Origin: Octopus sinensis
Lineage: Eukaryota
DNA: 64,000 bases
Direction of reading: 5' to 3'
Assembly (NCBI RefSeq): GCF_006345805.1
Contig: NC_042999.1
Span: forward strand, 13,082,001 to 13,146,000
Part shown: piece by piece, positions 1 through 12,600 of the stretch
Position numbering within the stretch: position 1 is the first letter of the stretch
How the letters are laid out: the number at the start of each line of letters is the position of its first letter
The notes under the pieces: generated by a model
Database searches by the model: none
Told to the model about the DNA's origin: nothing
The model's input: only the letters and a program-made list of their open reading frames with translations
Position numbers and translations under genes: made by a program

Positions 1-176
1 CTGGCATCAGCCACGGCAATGACTTTGCTTGACTCAACAGATCTTCACAAGAGCAGTTTATTGCCCAATGATTGAAGGGTACTCTTAAATGAGCTGGTCA
101 TGCTGCACTGGCACGGTCTCACTTGGTCTTCTCAAGTGCAGCATATCGCCAAAGGTCTTGGTCACTCAATATGTAT

Positions 177-1345
177 ATTATCATCATCATCATCATCATT
201 ATTTAATGTCCGCTTTCCTTGCTGGCATGGGTTGGACGGTCTGACTGAGGGCTGGTGAACCAGATGGCTGCTCCAGGCTCCAATCTGATCTGGCAGAGTT
301 TCTACAGCTGGATGCCCTTCCTAACGCCAACCACTCTGAGAGTGTCATGGGTGCTTTTACTTGCCACTGGCATGAGTGCCAGTCAGGCAGTATGGGCAAG
401 GCCATGCTCAAATGGTGTTTTTTGCATGCCACTTGCAGAGGAGCCAGTCCAGTGGTACTGGCAACAACCTCACTTGAATGTTGTTTCCCACATGCCACCA
501 GTACAAGTGCCAGTAAGGTGACGCTGGTAACAATCACACTTGAATGGTGCTCTTAATGTTCACTAGCACAGATGCCAATCAGGCTATGCTGTCATCGGCC
601 ACATCAGCAAATTTGATTTCAATTTCACTTGCCTCAACAGGTCTTCGCAAGCAGAGTTCAGAGTCCAGTGAAAGAAAGGTACGCATAAGTGGACTGACTA
701 CATCCCAGGTAGAGGCCACGGGTTATGGTCTCACTTGACTTGCCAGGTCTTCTCAAGCACAGCATATTTCCAAAGGTCTCGGTCACTAGTCATTGCCTCG
801 GTGAGGCCTATTGTTCAAAGGTTATGCTTCACCACCTCATCCCAGGTCTTCCTGGGTCTACCTCTTCCACAGGTTTCTTCAACTGCTAGGGTGTGGCACT
901 TTTTCACACAACTATCTTCATCCATTCTCGCTACATGACCACACCAGCACAGTTGTCTCTCCTGCACACCACATCTGATGCTTCTTAGGTCCAACTTTTC
1001 TCTCAAGGCACTTACACTCTGTCGTGTATGCACACTGACATTACACATTCATCGGAGCATACTGGCTTCATTCCTTGCAAGCTTACACATATCCTCAGCA
1101 GTCACAGCCCATGTTTCACTGCCATGTAGCATGGCTGTTCATACAGGTGCATCATATAGTCTACCTTTTACTCTGAGGGAGAGGCCTTTTGTCACCAGCA
1201 GAGGTAAGAGCTCTCTGAACTTTGCCCAGGCTATTCTTACTCTAGCAGTTACACTTTCAGCACACCCACCCCTGCTACTGACTTGATCACCTAGATAACG
1301 GAAACTATCAACTGTTTCTAGTTTTTCTCCCTGGAATGTGGCAGA
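177..1345 (-). mobile_element. RTE-clade LINE, 5'-truncated: RT C-terminus, long 3' UTR, (GAT)n tail
   Basis: Minus-strand translation gives FRYLGDQ..RIAWAKFRELLPLL..AMLHGSETW and LCWCGHVARM..GRGRPRKTWDEVV (ORF 815-1048) with internal stops; (CAT)n at 177-198 is the tail. Confidence 0.9.
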
Positions 1346-2330
1346 AGATGGTCTCTGTGCATTATATATATAATGACTGAAACAAGTAAAGAGAAAAAAG
1401 AATATATATATATATTATATATATATATATATATATAAAACAAGTGTCTTTCAGTTTCCTTCTCCCAAAACCACTCACAAGGCTTCGATTTAGACCAAAT
1501 CTATGGGAGAAGGCACTTGTCCAATGTGCTATGCAGTGAAATTGAACCTGGAACCATGTGGTTGGGAAGTAAACTTCTTACCACACAGCTATGCTTGTGT
1601 AAATTTATTTACTTTTACTTTTATTTGTTTTTCTTTTATTTTACCTGTTATTGTCCATTTATTTTCGTAAAATGAATTCTCTTGTAGTTTTATAATTGCT
1701 GTATAAAAAAAGTGCAATTTGCATTTTGTTTTACAGTAAAAAAATTAATGAGATAATTTGTTGGAAATATTCTCTATAAATAGAAATTATATGATAAAAA
1801 CCCCACCAAAAATTCATGGAAAGCTTATTCAATTTTGTGATCATTTTATTACATTTATAAGTAAATTGAAATCTTAAAAGTTTAAATACCTGCTGCTTCC
1901 TATGCAGGAGTGGTGCTTGAGTTTAAATTAAATCAAATTAATTAATTAATTAATTAGTTAGTTAGTTAATTAATTAATTAATTTAGCTATTGTTGTGAGA
2001 GTGACGAAATGGGAAACTGCAACTAAATTTTCTTTAAAATCTCTAGTTATTTTATTTTATAACAATATGTTTAACAGGGTACGAAACTGAATACCAGATT
2101 TTACTGTCCCTTACAAGTCAACGACGCACATTTTGAGTTGCTGAGATTTCAAGGGATAAAAACAGGTTTCTATATATTTGTATAAGGTCACTTGTCGAGC
2201 AGAAGATATAGCACACTGAACTGATTCGTTATATTATTGGTAATTATTCTACTGGCCCCGGAGGAGTTTAGCACTAAATCAACTCCCCGCTCCTTTTTTT
2301 AAAGGTATATTCAGTGCCCTTTGTTTAGAT

Positions 2331-2444
2331 GAGGCATAGGCAATTTTTCTTGAGAAGCGGGCCGCATATGAGACAGAGCTCAGAATCAGGTTGGCTGCAA
2401 GAGCGTCACTCAAAGTCCCGCGGGCCGCAAGTTGCCCACGACTG
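2331..2444. mobile_element. hAT (Charlie-like) MITE
   Basis: Exact 8-bp TSD GTTTAGAT at 2323-2330 and 2445-2452; imperfect TIRs (GAGGCATAGGCAA / TTGCCCACGACTG) and GCGGGCCGCA subterminal motifs. Confidence 0.75.
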
Positions 2445-3433
2445 GTTTAGATTGAAGGGTAATGGATAACAACAACAAAAAGTTTAGCGTAACAAGGAAA
2501 TATTCTGATCATATTTATACACTAAAGAAAATTTAAACTGTGTTCCGGTCATGCGGTCTTTGCTCTGGAATCGAAACTGCGTCGTGGAAGATTACTCCTG
2601 TATAACTCACTAAAGTTCTACGTTCAGGAATGCACGTTTTCCACAGCCAAGGCGAAGGTCGAATTCGATAATCGCTTCTCTTGTTGAGCAGAAGCGACAG
2701 AACATGTAGTAAACTAAAACAATTATCCGTCTGAAATGGGTTTCGTTATTATAATAATAAGTTTAAAAATAAAAACTTAATAGTTAATAAAAAGTTTCTT
2801 TGGGCTAAATTAATTAAATAATATAAGTTTATACTTTCTTTTAAATTTCAACATGAACATTATCGAATCAACGATGACGTAATTATGAAATTAATTGCTA
2901 ATATAATATTTATTTGAAAAACAAATTTACAACCAAAGCTCTTAATTAATAAATTAAATATTTTATTCACATGTATATATCTATCTATAATTATATTTAA
3001 AAACATATCTTTGTAGACCAGATTCAGCATAATTTCGAACCGTAATGAATGTGCCAGTTCAGGTTTTATAATAACTGTAGTTCTTTAACCTCTGGAGGTC
3101 ATTGTGACATCTTACAACCTTGAAATTAACGAAGGTAAAGGACACCTCACCTTCAATCGAGTGGGTTGTTTTTCCTTCGGAAAAAACTGAAATGGGGAAA
3201 CGACAACAACAGATTTTTCTCAAAGGATTCACTTAAATTATTAACTGACATCTTTTAGTCATCAGTTGTGTAAAAAGATTCTTTAAAACCGCTTCGTGTT
3301 TTGTTGCTGTTATCGTCATAGCAGCCCACTTACTGCTTCTGTTTCGTTTTACCGCTGACGAATTGTCAAATACTGAGGATTCCGCTTCGAGCAGGACTAC
3401 ATTGCTGCGAAAACCCCCACACACAAACACAGA

Positions 3434-3469
<36 letters not shown>

Positions 3470-3945
3470 CACGCACTTACATACATATATGTAAAATATG
3501 CGCGATCACTCCGACGCACCAAACTGTCAAAATGAAATATAGTCGTCAGTGGGGGTAGGAAAATGCATAATTAAAATGTACTAGTAGTGCTAAAGTGAAT
3601 TATTTTGTATCTGCGTGCTTAGTAGATCTGTATATATTAAAAGAGAGAGAGTGATAGAAAGAGACAGAGAGAGAGACAGAGGAAAACAGAAACAGTGAGG
3701 CCTTCCGTGCGCAAAGAGCGATAGTGGGCTTGGGCTTACACAAATCTTTAATCTATCACTAAACACAGATTTCTACGCGGATCCTTCACCTTCATTGAAA
3801 ACGTCCATGAAGGTTTGTGTTTTCTATTTTGCTTGGATATAATACAAAGCTTGCTTACGCCGGGAATATTTCGAATTTCTACCATACCTTGTACGATATA
3901 GCGAACGTTTTTTTTTTTGTTTGCTGCTGATCAGAATACGTGAAG

Positions 3946-4161
3946 GTAATAATATATATTTATATAAAACATATGCCTACTGTTTAACGTAAGGAAAAAT
4001 ATATTTCTTTTCTGTGAATGTGAAATTAAAATAAAGAAAGAAAGAAAAGAACACAGAGAACCTGTTAGAACGAATTTGTAAACGCTTGACTGGTAAATAC
4101 ACACTTTTATTTAATATAAATGTTCTGATGTCGATGTTAATTTAGAAGTTAATTTCCTCAG
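3946..4161 (+). other. Putative 5' UTR intron of the PPP1R3-like gene
   Basis: AAG|GTAAT donor at 3946, AT-rich interior, TTTCCTCAG acceptor ending 4161, 75 nt before the ATG. No transcript evidence. Confidence 0.35.
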
Positions 4162-4236
4162 ACTTTCTCGTGTATTTTTCGCTGAAGACTACTGATCAAT
4201 GGTCTTATCAGTTATGACGGATTTTCTTCAATTGCC

Positions 4237-5562
4237 ATGTGTGCTTTTTCTTCACCATACAGTCGCTTCTTACCCCGGAATCTGTCTTATTCGGAGGAAA
4301 TATACCTAAACGGAATACCCATTAAGCGTCAACCCGAAGTTCCTAAAGCGCTCGACAAGTTTCCGTCTAAGCGTCGCAATCTTCTCTTAAACAGCATCAT
4401 CATGGCAGACACGGCGGATGATAAAGATCCGGATGAGTACCGGGTAAAAGACTATATCCCTTCGTTTGACGAAGGAATTTATATCAATTTAATGGACGAT
4501 CTTAGTTTGGAATCCGATAAACATGAAGGACAGACTGACGACAGCGGAGATTCAAACGGTATTTTAAAACGCTTCACTAATTATGCCACTCACCTGCAGC
4601 CACTGTCAGCTGGTGCTGAAGGAAATGCTACTGGGTCTATGGCAAACGGAGACAATGACAAGTCCACTGTTAATAGCCCGCTTCACTCCTTACCGGCTGC
4701 AGGAAACAGTTTGGAAGAAACTGTTAGCGGGGAAGCCCCAATGGCCGGAGTTTGTGCGGAAAGAGTATGTGCGGAAAATACGAATTGCTCTTCAAGTCGA
4801 AACATTGTTAGTAGTGTACAAGAATATTTTTCAAATAGTCCAAGGAATGATACAAAACTACTCGACCTCCTCTCCCCACAGAGTCCAATTTACGATGACG
4901 ATGAATTTAACTTCTCTAGAACCCAACTTAGAAAATCGACCTCCTTGAAGACAACAAAAACCCCTCCGGGGACTCCCCGTAGGAAGAAAGTTGTACGTTT
5001 TGCCGACGTTATGGGACTGGATTTGGAATCTGTAATTCACGTCTTAAATATGGACTCTCCGCCGAAAATTCCCGCTTCTGCACTCGCAGACTTACAGTCC
5101 GGTATAGAAAGTGATCGAAAATCGATGGGTGCACGGTATCTCACAGCATGCTTCGCTCAACCATCCGCCAATGAGGGATTCATGGGACGGGTGTGCGCAG
5201 AGAAAGTGTGCTTGGAAAATGCCGTTATATCTGATCTGACAATTACAGGCATTATTCGAGTGGCTAACATCGGTTTCCACAAAATAGTTCAAGTGCGTTA
5301 TACAACGGATGATTGGAAAATTCACCATGATATCATAGCTTCTTACGTTCATAGTTCGTGTGACGGCCCTACGGACAGGTTTTCTTTCAGTATTGTTACC
5401 CCAGCTGACTTCAGTGTGGGTTCTCGTCTGGAATTAGCGATATCTTACACTTGTGGAGATATCGTGTACTGGGATAGCAATCATGGGGAGAACTATGTGT
5501 TTCAGTGCTTTGCTAAAGCAGGGGTGACCGAAACAGAAAATGCGTGGACGCATTTTCTTTAA
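4237..5562 (+). CDS. PPP1R3: Protein phosphatase 1 glycogen-targeting regulatory subunit (PPP1R3 family, glycogen-binding subunit 76A-like); CDS has no intron
   Basis: 441-aa non-repetitive ORF; PP1-binding motif KKVVRFAD-MGLDL preceded by SLKT..TPPGTP; C-terminal CBM21 signatures VCLEN, GIIRVANIGFHKIVQVRYT..W, DRFSF, YWDSNHGENY. Confidence 0.95.
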   Translation: MCAFSSPYSRFLPRNLSYSEEIYLNGIPIKRQPEVPKALDKFPSKRRNLLLNSIIMADTADDKDPDEYRVKDYIPSFDEGIYINLMDDLSLESDKHEGQTDDSGDSNGILKRFTNYATHLQPLSAGAEGNATGSMANGDNDKSTVNSPLHSLPAAGNSLEETVSGEAPMAGVCAERVCAENTNCSSSRNIVSSVQEYFSNSPRNDTKLLDLLSPQSPIYDDDEFNFSRTQLRKSTSLKTTKTPPGTPRRKKVVRFADVMGLDLESVIHVLNMDSPPKIPASALADLQSGIESDRKSMGARYLTACFAQPSANEGFMGRVCAEKVCLENAVISDLTITGIIRVANIGFHKIVQVRYTTDDWKIHHDIIASYVHSSCDGPTDRFSFSIVTPADFSVGSRLELAISYTCGDIVYWDSNHGENYVFQCFAKAGVTETENAWTHFL

Positions 5563-6240
5563 GAGCAAATATCTGGAAAATAAGAATGTTAAGTATTAAT
5601 TATATTAAAAAGTAACATTGAAAAACAAACAAACATGTATTAGAATTGCAAGAAGGTAGCAAAATTGATAAAAAAATTTTCTTTAACAAAAGCAAAAAAA
5701 AAAAAAAATCAATTAAAAAAAACCTATTTAAAACGGGAAGGACCTCAGAAACTTTATCAAAGAGTGCTAAAACGATGTGATAGAAAGAAAAAAAAAAAAG
5801 CTTTCGACAGCGAAATTTAAACACCTAAAACAAAAAAAAAATAATAAATAAAAACCACAAAGAGAAAAAATTATATCAAACTTAATATTTTTATTACAAT
5901 TTTTTTGAAGATGAAAGAATGGGAAAAAAAAAATTTAATAAACCGAGGTTACAGCCTAAGGATTTATAGTCTACGGTTCAATTTTCTCTCTGGCTAATAA
6001 CATTTGTGGCCAAAAGGCAAGTACTTTTTGAAATTATTTCATTCATTCATTTATATATATATAGTTTAAGTGTGATTTTTCTATTTGTATATTATGGTCT
6101 TATTGAGAAAGCATTGTTATTATTATGTGATGTTTTATTTTTTTCGCTTTGATAACACTGAAAAATATCCTTATACAATGCGTGCATGTATGTTTACACT
6201 ATCCATGCTTAATACACATGTATTTTTTATGCATCCTCGT

Positions 6241-6399
6241 CTATCTATCTATCTATCTATCTATCTACCTGTCTGTCTGTCTGTCTCTCTCTCTATCTAT
6301 CTACATACATACCTATCTATATACATACCTATCTATCTACAACATACATACCTATCTATCTATCTACATACATACCTATCTATCTATCTACATACATAC

Positions 6400-6438
<39 letters not shown>

Positions 6439-6940
6439 CATTACATACCTATCTATCTATCTACATTACATACCTATCTATCTATCTACATACATACATA
6501 CCTATCTATCTATCTACATACATACCTATCTATCTATCTATCTATCTACATACATACCTATCTATCTATCTATCTACATACATACCTATCTATCTATCTA
6601 TCTATCTATCTACATACATACCTATCTATCTATCTATCTATCTACATACCTATCTATCTCTCTATCTATCTACATACATACCTATCTATCTCTCTATCTA
6701 TCTACATACATACCTATCTATCTCTCTATCTATCTACATACATACCTATCTCTCTCTCTCTCTATCTATCTACATACATACCTCCCTCTCTATCTACCTA
6801 TCTACATACATATCTATCTATCTCTCTCCCTCTCTATCTACCTATCTACATACATACCTATCTATCTCTCTCCCTATCTATCTACCTACCTACCTATCTA
6901 CATACATATATCTATCTTTCTGTATGAGAGAGAGAGAGAT
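6241..6940. repeat. Compound microsatellite (CTAT)n/(CATA)n/(CT)n
   Basis: About 700 bp of tetranucleotide variants; produces the spurious 280-aa and 278-aa ORFs. Confidence 0.95.
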
Positions 6941-7041
6941 TTTGATGTTCTTCCGTGTGTATATATTTATAATGCTCTTTTTTGACAGATATAATTTTGT
7001 ATTTATGCTATTATACAATCTCGTATAACATGGGATTGTTG

Positions 7042-7097
<56 letters not shown>

Positions 7098-7757
7098 TAT
7101 TCTTATACACACTCTAAAACATCTCGCTTATGTAATGTGTGCACGTGCGCGCATCCAAGCAAGCATGCATCTGCATGCAGTCAAAACGTTTTGTTTCGTT
7201 CAGACATTTCTGTCAAGGAATTTTCACTGAACGTAGGATATCTCCGATGTTATTTAACACTAGACCAAACTTGACGCAACAGACCTATCACCATAACGTT
7301 GTTTTTTTTTTCTGTTTTCTTAAATACATGTTTGTAGAATTATATTACCAAATGTCTTTCTTTAAAGACGGTCGAATGCGAATTAGAAGATTTGGCTGTT
7401 ATTTCTAGCCGCTAAAAAGGAAACGACCTCGACGCGCGACCCTGGCTGACATGGTTTTACTGTTACTTTCGTTTCACCTGATTGTAAACAATGACAAACG
7501 GCCAATAGCGAATTAATATAAACAAGTTCGTTCGATTACTACAATCATGTTGTACTTCACATCTTGATCGAATGAATTACTGGTCGGAGAGTCTGAATGG
7601 AAACCAGGAATAAAAGTGATCCGTGACCGTGAATATTATACGGAAAGTGTAGGTGGCTCTCTGGTGCGCGTGTGTGTACTTACTGTGCTACATTCATACG
7701 TGTCGAATTTTTCTTTGTGCTTTTCTTTCTTTCATTAAATACATTTAAGTCGTAATT

Positions 7758-7817
<60 letters not shown>

Positions 7818-7917
7818 TATATATACTCATTACAGATATAGGGGGAAAATTAAAAAAAAATTTTCGGTATGTAGTCAAGCAACTTGTTGCTAAACCCTTA
7901 TTATAATTATATATATA

Positions 7918-7961
<44 letters not shown>

Positions 7962-7985
7962 GTTGAAACACTCCTGTCACAACCT

Positions 7986-8029
7986 GGGACCTTGAAGACT
8001 GCTTAAATGCAAGAAAGTATACTAGTCCC
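7986..8029 (+). ncRNA. Minimal hammerhead ribozyme-like motif (variant core)
   Basis: GGGAC-CTTGAAGA-cTGC ttaaat GCAa-GAAA GTATAC T A-GTCCC: 5-bp stem I, palindromic stem III AGTATACT, one extra nt in the core; lies between (TA)n/(CA)n tracts. Confidence 0.55.
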
Positions 8030-8236
8030 TTAATATTTGATATTCAGTATTTCATCTATTCAATAAGACAACCAATACTTCATTTCATTTTACTATATAT
8101 ACTATTTATATTATATATTCTATGTTCTACATTAATATTATAAGAATATAAATAAAACATAAAAAACAGAGTTGGAATTCCTTTGAGTAATATATATCCC
8201 TCTATACACAATCATACAAAACCCCTTTATATATAT

Positions 8237-8455
8237 ACTTCGGTTTTGGATTTGGTTTGCAAGATTCTTTATGTGAGTTCGTGTATTGAAGCATAGTTTG
8301 TTGTGTCTGGGGAGAGTCATTCTCTTTTAGTGCCTTATAATTTAACATACCCCTTGGTAAAGTTTCCACCCATTTACTTATTTGATGAGCGGAAACTTTA
8401 CCGGTAAGTGTGTTATATAAGGCACTAAAAGAGAATGACTCTCCCCAGACACAAC
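8237..8455. mobile_element. Foldback-type palindromic MITE (other copies about 25710-26230, 28947-29049, 51130-51318, 51772-51822)
   Basis: Long inverted arms GTTGTGTCTGGGGAGAGTCATT..GTGCCTTATA and its reverse complement; shared terminus TTCG(G/T)TTTTGGATTTGGTTTGCAAG. Confidence 0.8.
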
Positions 8456-8469
8456 TATATATATAGCCA

Positions 8470-8632
8470 CAACACATTCTTTATTTTCTGTCCTTGTTTC
8501 TTTCTGTGTTCCTTTCTGTGGAAGAGCGTAGGCTCGAAACGTTAAAGACTTTTTCATTTCTCGAGCGTTATACTAATACGGCTGTTTGTTGTCTACACCA
8601 CCTGTCTTCGTATTTTTCGTGAATTCTCCCCC
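8470..8632 (+). mobile_element. Penelope-like pseudo-LTR with hammerhead motif (8512-8547)
   Basis: CTTT-CTGTGGA-A-GAGC gtag GCTC-GAAAC GTT-AAAG; homologous copies at 38900-39150 and 52374-52584; flanked by (TA)n. Confidence 0.7.
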
Positions 8633-8723
8633 TACATACATATATACATACATTACACAAGATTAAAGCGCGCTGTATAGTGTAGGCGTGTATGTATAGA
8701 TGTTTGTGTGTGTGCATATACAG

Positions 8724-8763
<40 letters not shown>

Positions 8764-9875
8764 AAGAAAATTGAATGAATAAAGAACTTAATACAATTGT
8801 AGAGGGTGGTATTTAATTGCATCGTCATTGACACAGCCAAGTGTCACCGAGTACGCGGCTTACTCAAACTTGTTCAAATGTGACATGCAGCGGACGAACT
8901 CGAAACCGCGGGTTTGGTCCCATTGCATGCATGCATGCGTGTGTGTGTGTGTGTGAAGTATATGTATATATGTGAGTAAGTATATGTATGTATGTAATCA
9001 CTTTATGTTCATCCATTTTCCATGCTTGCAGAGACGTTAGGCCGATGTTTCTCCAACACTTCCTATCACTATTTTTTGCGGTCCTTTGTAATCCCCTCAA
9101 TCTACTGGTCAATGGGCGTAGTGAGGGTTTTGTCCACCCTGTCTGTTACCCAAAATGACCACCCTCGCTTCCTTAGACATCACATAGCTTTGACTGCAAC
9201 CAACACATACACACACATAGAGAAGCGGGCATGTGTAATCTACACACCCACGCCACATCACTCGGGTTCTTTCCAATTAGATCACATTCCATTTTTTTAA
9301 AAAAACAGCGGTCGTCCTCCATATGTAGTACATGTCAATACAGGTTACATCTGGTGGTGATACTTCGATACTGGTTTACAGAGTGTCTGTATGAGGGGAC
9401 CACGTCCTTCACCCTCATTTTCAGCCTCACCTCTTTATGTTATTAAAGAAGGTTGTGTGGGTGAATGACGTCATGTACTTATAACGAAAGGTTTCCAATC
9501 GGATTTCTCCTTTACCTAATTTTCTTTTTTCTTAGCTCCTACTCTGTCTTTTATGCTCACTCCTGTTAGATATTCAGAACAGCATGCTCGCCTCATTTCT
9601 TTCCAAACTTTGCTCATCTTCTGCAGATAGTGCCCATGTTCCACTTCCATACAGCATTCCATTCCATACGTTAACATCATATAACTCTACCCTTCACTTA
9701 GAAAGTGAATATCTTTTTTATTTAACCCCTAACCAGCCCTGTTAATGAAGATCTATGATCAAAAGCATTCCATCTGGAACCATACAGTTTTTTTTTTCTT
9801 GCATGCCAGACCATATTCTCTAATGACCCAGTGTTACCATTTTTAAGATGGTGGGTATGATTCGAAGTGAAGACA

Positions 9876-10283
9876 TAGGCGCAGGAGTGGCTGTGTGGTA
9901 AGTAACTTGCTTACCAACCACTGGTTTTGGGTTCATTCCCACTGCGTGGCACCTTGGGCAAGTCTTCTACCATAGCCTCGGGCCAACCAAAGCCTCGTGA
10001 ATGGATTTGGTAGACGGAAACTGAAAGAAGCCTGTCATATATATGTATATATGTGTGTGTGTCTGTATATGTTTGTGTGGCTGTGTTTGTCCCCCCAACA
10101 TCACTTGACAACCAATGGTGGTGTCTTTATGTCCCCGTAACTTAGCAGTTTGGCAAAAGAAGACCGATAGAATAAGTACTAGGCTTACAAAGAATAAGTC
10201 CTGGGGTTGATTTGCTCCACTAAAGATGGTGCTCCAGCATGGCTGCAGTCAAAATGACTGAAACAAGTAAAAGAGTAAAAGAG
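9876..10283 (+). mobile_element. tRNA-derived SINE family B with internal (TG/TA)n (other copies about 1437-1598, 13100-13445, 15462-15834, 17523-17850, 20087-20320, 46999-47170, 48965-49357, 53755-54092, 63750-63915)
   Basis: A box TGGCTGTGTGG, B box GGTTCA(G/T)TCCC, core CCTTGGGCAAGT, conserved 3' end GACTGAAACAAGTAAAAGAG in many copies. Confidence 0.9.
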
Positions 10284-10599
10284 AACTTAGTTGTTAGTGT
10301 GTTGTACTCATGACCACAGGATCGTGGTTTCAATTCTTGAACCAGGCAGTACTATGTGAGCAAAATACTTCATTTCACATTGTTCCAGTCCACCCATCTG
10401 TAAATGAGTAAGCCCTGTGATGACCAGCATCATTTTCTGGAAGATTGTTGTGGTCTCGGCCAATTACACATCTTAGAAACTGGATAACAGGCCCTATGAA
10501 TGTTTGGACATGCGACAGTAATGACCGGAGGTTGAAAATGATGCATGATTTGAAGGAGAGATTTAGCTACTATTTCTAGTCTCTCTTGAAAAATCCTTT

Positions 10600-11400
10600 T
10601 GTCACTCACTGAAGTAAAAGCTCTCTGCACATTTTCCTCCACTCTTCTTTTAGAGCTCCCCCTACCAATTAATTAGGTCACCTAGGTAACAGAAGTTTTC
10701 ATCTGCTCCTATGAAGCCTTCAGAGCATTTGATAGAATTTTTGTGGGGTTTCTAACTCCCAACTTCTTGGTCATATTTGCTACATAAGAAGTCTTTTTTA
10801 TATTTCTGAGTCTGCCTGTGATGCTACTAGGCCTTTGTGTTCTCATATTTTATTTTAGATATACCGTGAAGAATCCCTACTTAATCCTCTTCTGTCTATT
10901 GATTATAGCCACTTCCCATATGGTAGTGGAATCATTATTATTTCCTTCTATATTCCGCCAAGGTCGACTTTGCCTTTCATCCTTTTCTGGGTCGATAAAT
11001 TAAGTACCAGTGATTTTTAGGCCTTGTACCTATTGTAGGAAGGATCATTTCCTTCTATATAAAACTTTTATATTTGAGGACTCTTAGATCTAGGCTTTGC
11101 TTCCAGGTTTGAAAGTTTTTCTCTGAGTCTTCAGTAGATTCATGGGTGAGAACTAGATCAATGGCATGCCTACAACTAGCTATTCAAACTCCTTTATTAT
11201 AACCCTGAGAACTAAAACAAATGAGGGCTGATAACCAAGCCTTGATGGACACCTCTCTGCATGGTAAATTCCTCACGGTACTTGGTAGCAATTCTGACTA
11301 TACTGACAATATATCTGATCATGGGTCTCACAGTATGTTCATCTACACCAGTGTAGTACAATCCCAAAAGTTTTCCGTAGTTTGTAAAACACCAGGTATG
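10600..11400 (-). mobile_element. Decayed RTE LINE reverse-transcriptase fragments, interrupted
   Basis: Minus strand reads FTMQRGVHQGLVISP (about 11225-11270) and FCYLGDLI (about 10670-10700); frameshifts and intervening SINE pieces. Confidence 0.6.
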
Positions 11401-11634
11401 GTGGCTTATGATTGGCTAAAACTTCTGCAGTTGTTTGACTGGGAAGAGGTCGTCAGTGATATGCTGTTTCAACACAAATCCAGACCACATCCTAATATTC
11501 TGTACTTTTTATGCTATTTGTGAATATATTTTATGTATAATGTATATATTTGTTTATCTTTCTGAATGTATGTGGATATATGTGTATGTCTATCTGTCTG
11601 TCTGTATGTATGTGTCAAGCTTAATTGTGTCTAC

Positions 11635-11682
<48 letters not shown>

Positions 11683-11899
11683 ATGATATCACCAAATATC
11701 CACTTTTCATTGTTATTTATTTCTCCATTTTCTTATCATCTTAATATACATTAAGCCACGGTTTACCTTTTAAATTATCCACTACCGTATACCTTATGAC
11801 GAGGACCATACATACTGAGGTAATTACCAGAAGTGCCTCTGGATACATCTGTCCTTTAGACGGTTTTGATATATCTAAGTTATATCTTATATATATATA

Positions 11900-12600
11900 T
11901 CATCATCATCATCATTTAGCGTCCGTTTTCCATGCTAGCATGGGTTGGACAGTTCCATTGGGGTCTGTGAAGCCAGAAGGCTGCATCAGGCCCAATCTGA
12001 TCTGGCAGTGTTTCTACGGCTGGATGCCCTTCCTAACGCCAACCACTCCGTGAGTGTAGTGGGTGCTTTTTACATGCCACCCGCACAGGTGCCAGACGGA
12101 GCTGGCAAAAGGCCACGAACGGATGGTGCTTTTACGTGCCACTGGCACGGGGGCCAGGCGAGGCTGGCAACGGACACGAACGGATGGTGCTTTTACATGC
12201 CACCGGCACGGTGCTGGCAACGGCCACGAACAGATGATGCTTTTTACGTGCGGAGACCTCTGGAGATATGCTGTGATTGTGAAGACCTGACAAATAAAGT
12301 GAGTTCATGGCTTGCAGGATGGCCTGCTGTGCTAACTTTGGATCGTAGAGTGACCTGTTGTGCTTAAGGAGACCTATTGAGTCAAGTACATCAACATCAA
12401 AATAAAAGTCAAATGGAAATTGTAGTTGTGATACCCGTGCCAGTGGCATGTAAAAAACACCATCTGAATGTGGCTGATGCCAGCGCTGCCTTGACTAGCA
12501 TCCGTGCTGGTAGCATGTAAAAAGCACCAACCGATCGTGGACGTTGCCAGTCTCCTCTAGCCCCTGTGCTGGTGGCACATAAAAAGCACTCTCTACACTC
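11900..12600 (-). mobile_element. RTE 3'-UTR-type element, family C (other copies about 16205-16675 +, 29895-30140, 34400-34770, 37837-38210, 38478-38670 +, 41123-41635, 48060-48362 +, 51318-51740 +, 55381-55935, 57088-57490, 59003-59420)
   Basis: Same sequence as the 3' UTR of the LINE at 177-1345: (CAT)n tail, CCATGCTAGCATGGGTTGGAC, GGATGCCCTTCCTAACGCCAACCACTC, internal GGTGCTTTTACGTGCCACCGGCAC sub-repeats. Confidence 0.9.

Noticed and set aside
2681-2700. ATCGCTTCTC resembling the U2 snRNA 5' end
   Set aside because: Similarity stops after 10 nt; no branch-point helix or Sm site.
4583-5352. Short ORFs overlapping the PPP1R3-like CDS
   Set aside because: Shadow frames with no recognisable motif.
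6085-6985. 280-aa and 278-aa ORFs
   Set aside because: Translations of the CTAT/CATA microsatellite; low complexity and open in several frames.
9465-9474. Perfect CRE palindrome ATGACGTCAT downstream of the gene
   Set aside because: A single short site can occur by chance in 64 kb; no supporting evidence.
11790-11825. TGACGAG-GACC motif in another (TA)n-flanked island
   Set aside because: May be a deleted hammerhead, but the GAAA box and the 3' strand of stem II are missing.
12060-12250. Regularly spaced GGTGCTTTTACGTGCCAC repeats that resemble a CRISPR array
   Set aside because: Degenerate internal sub-repeats of the RTE 3' UTR; spacers are related to each other, context is eukaryotic, no cas genes.
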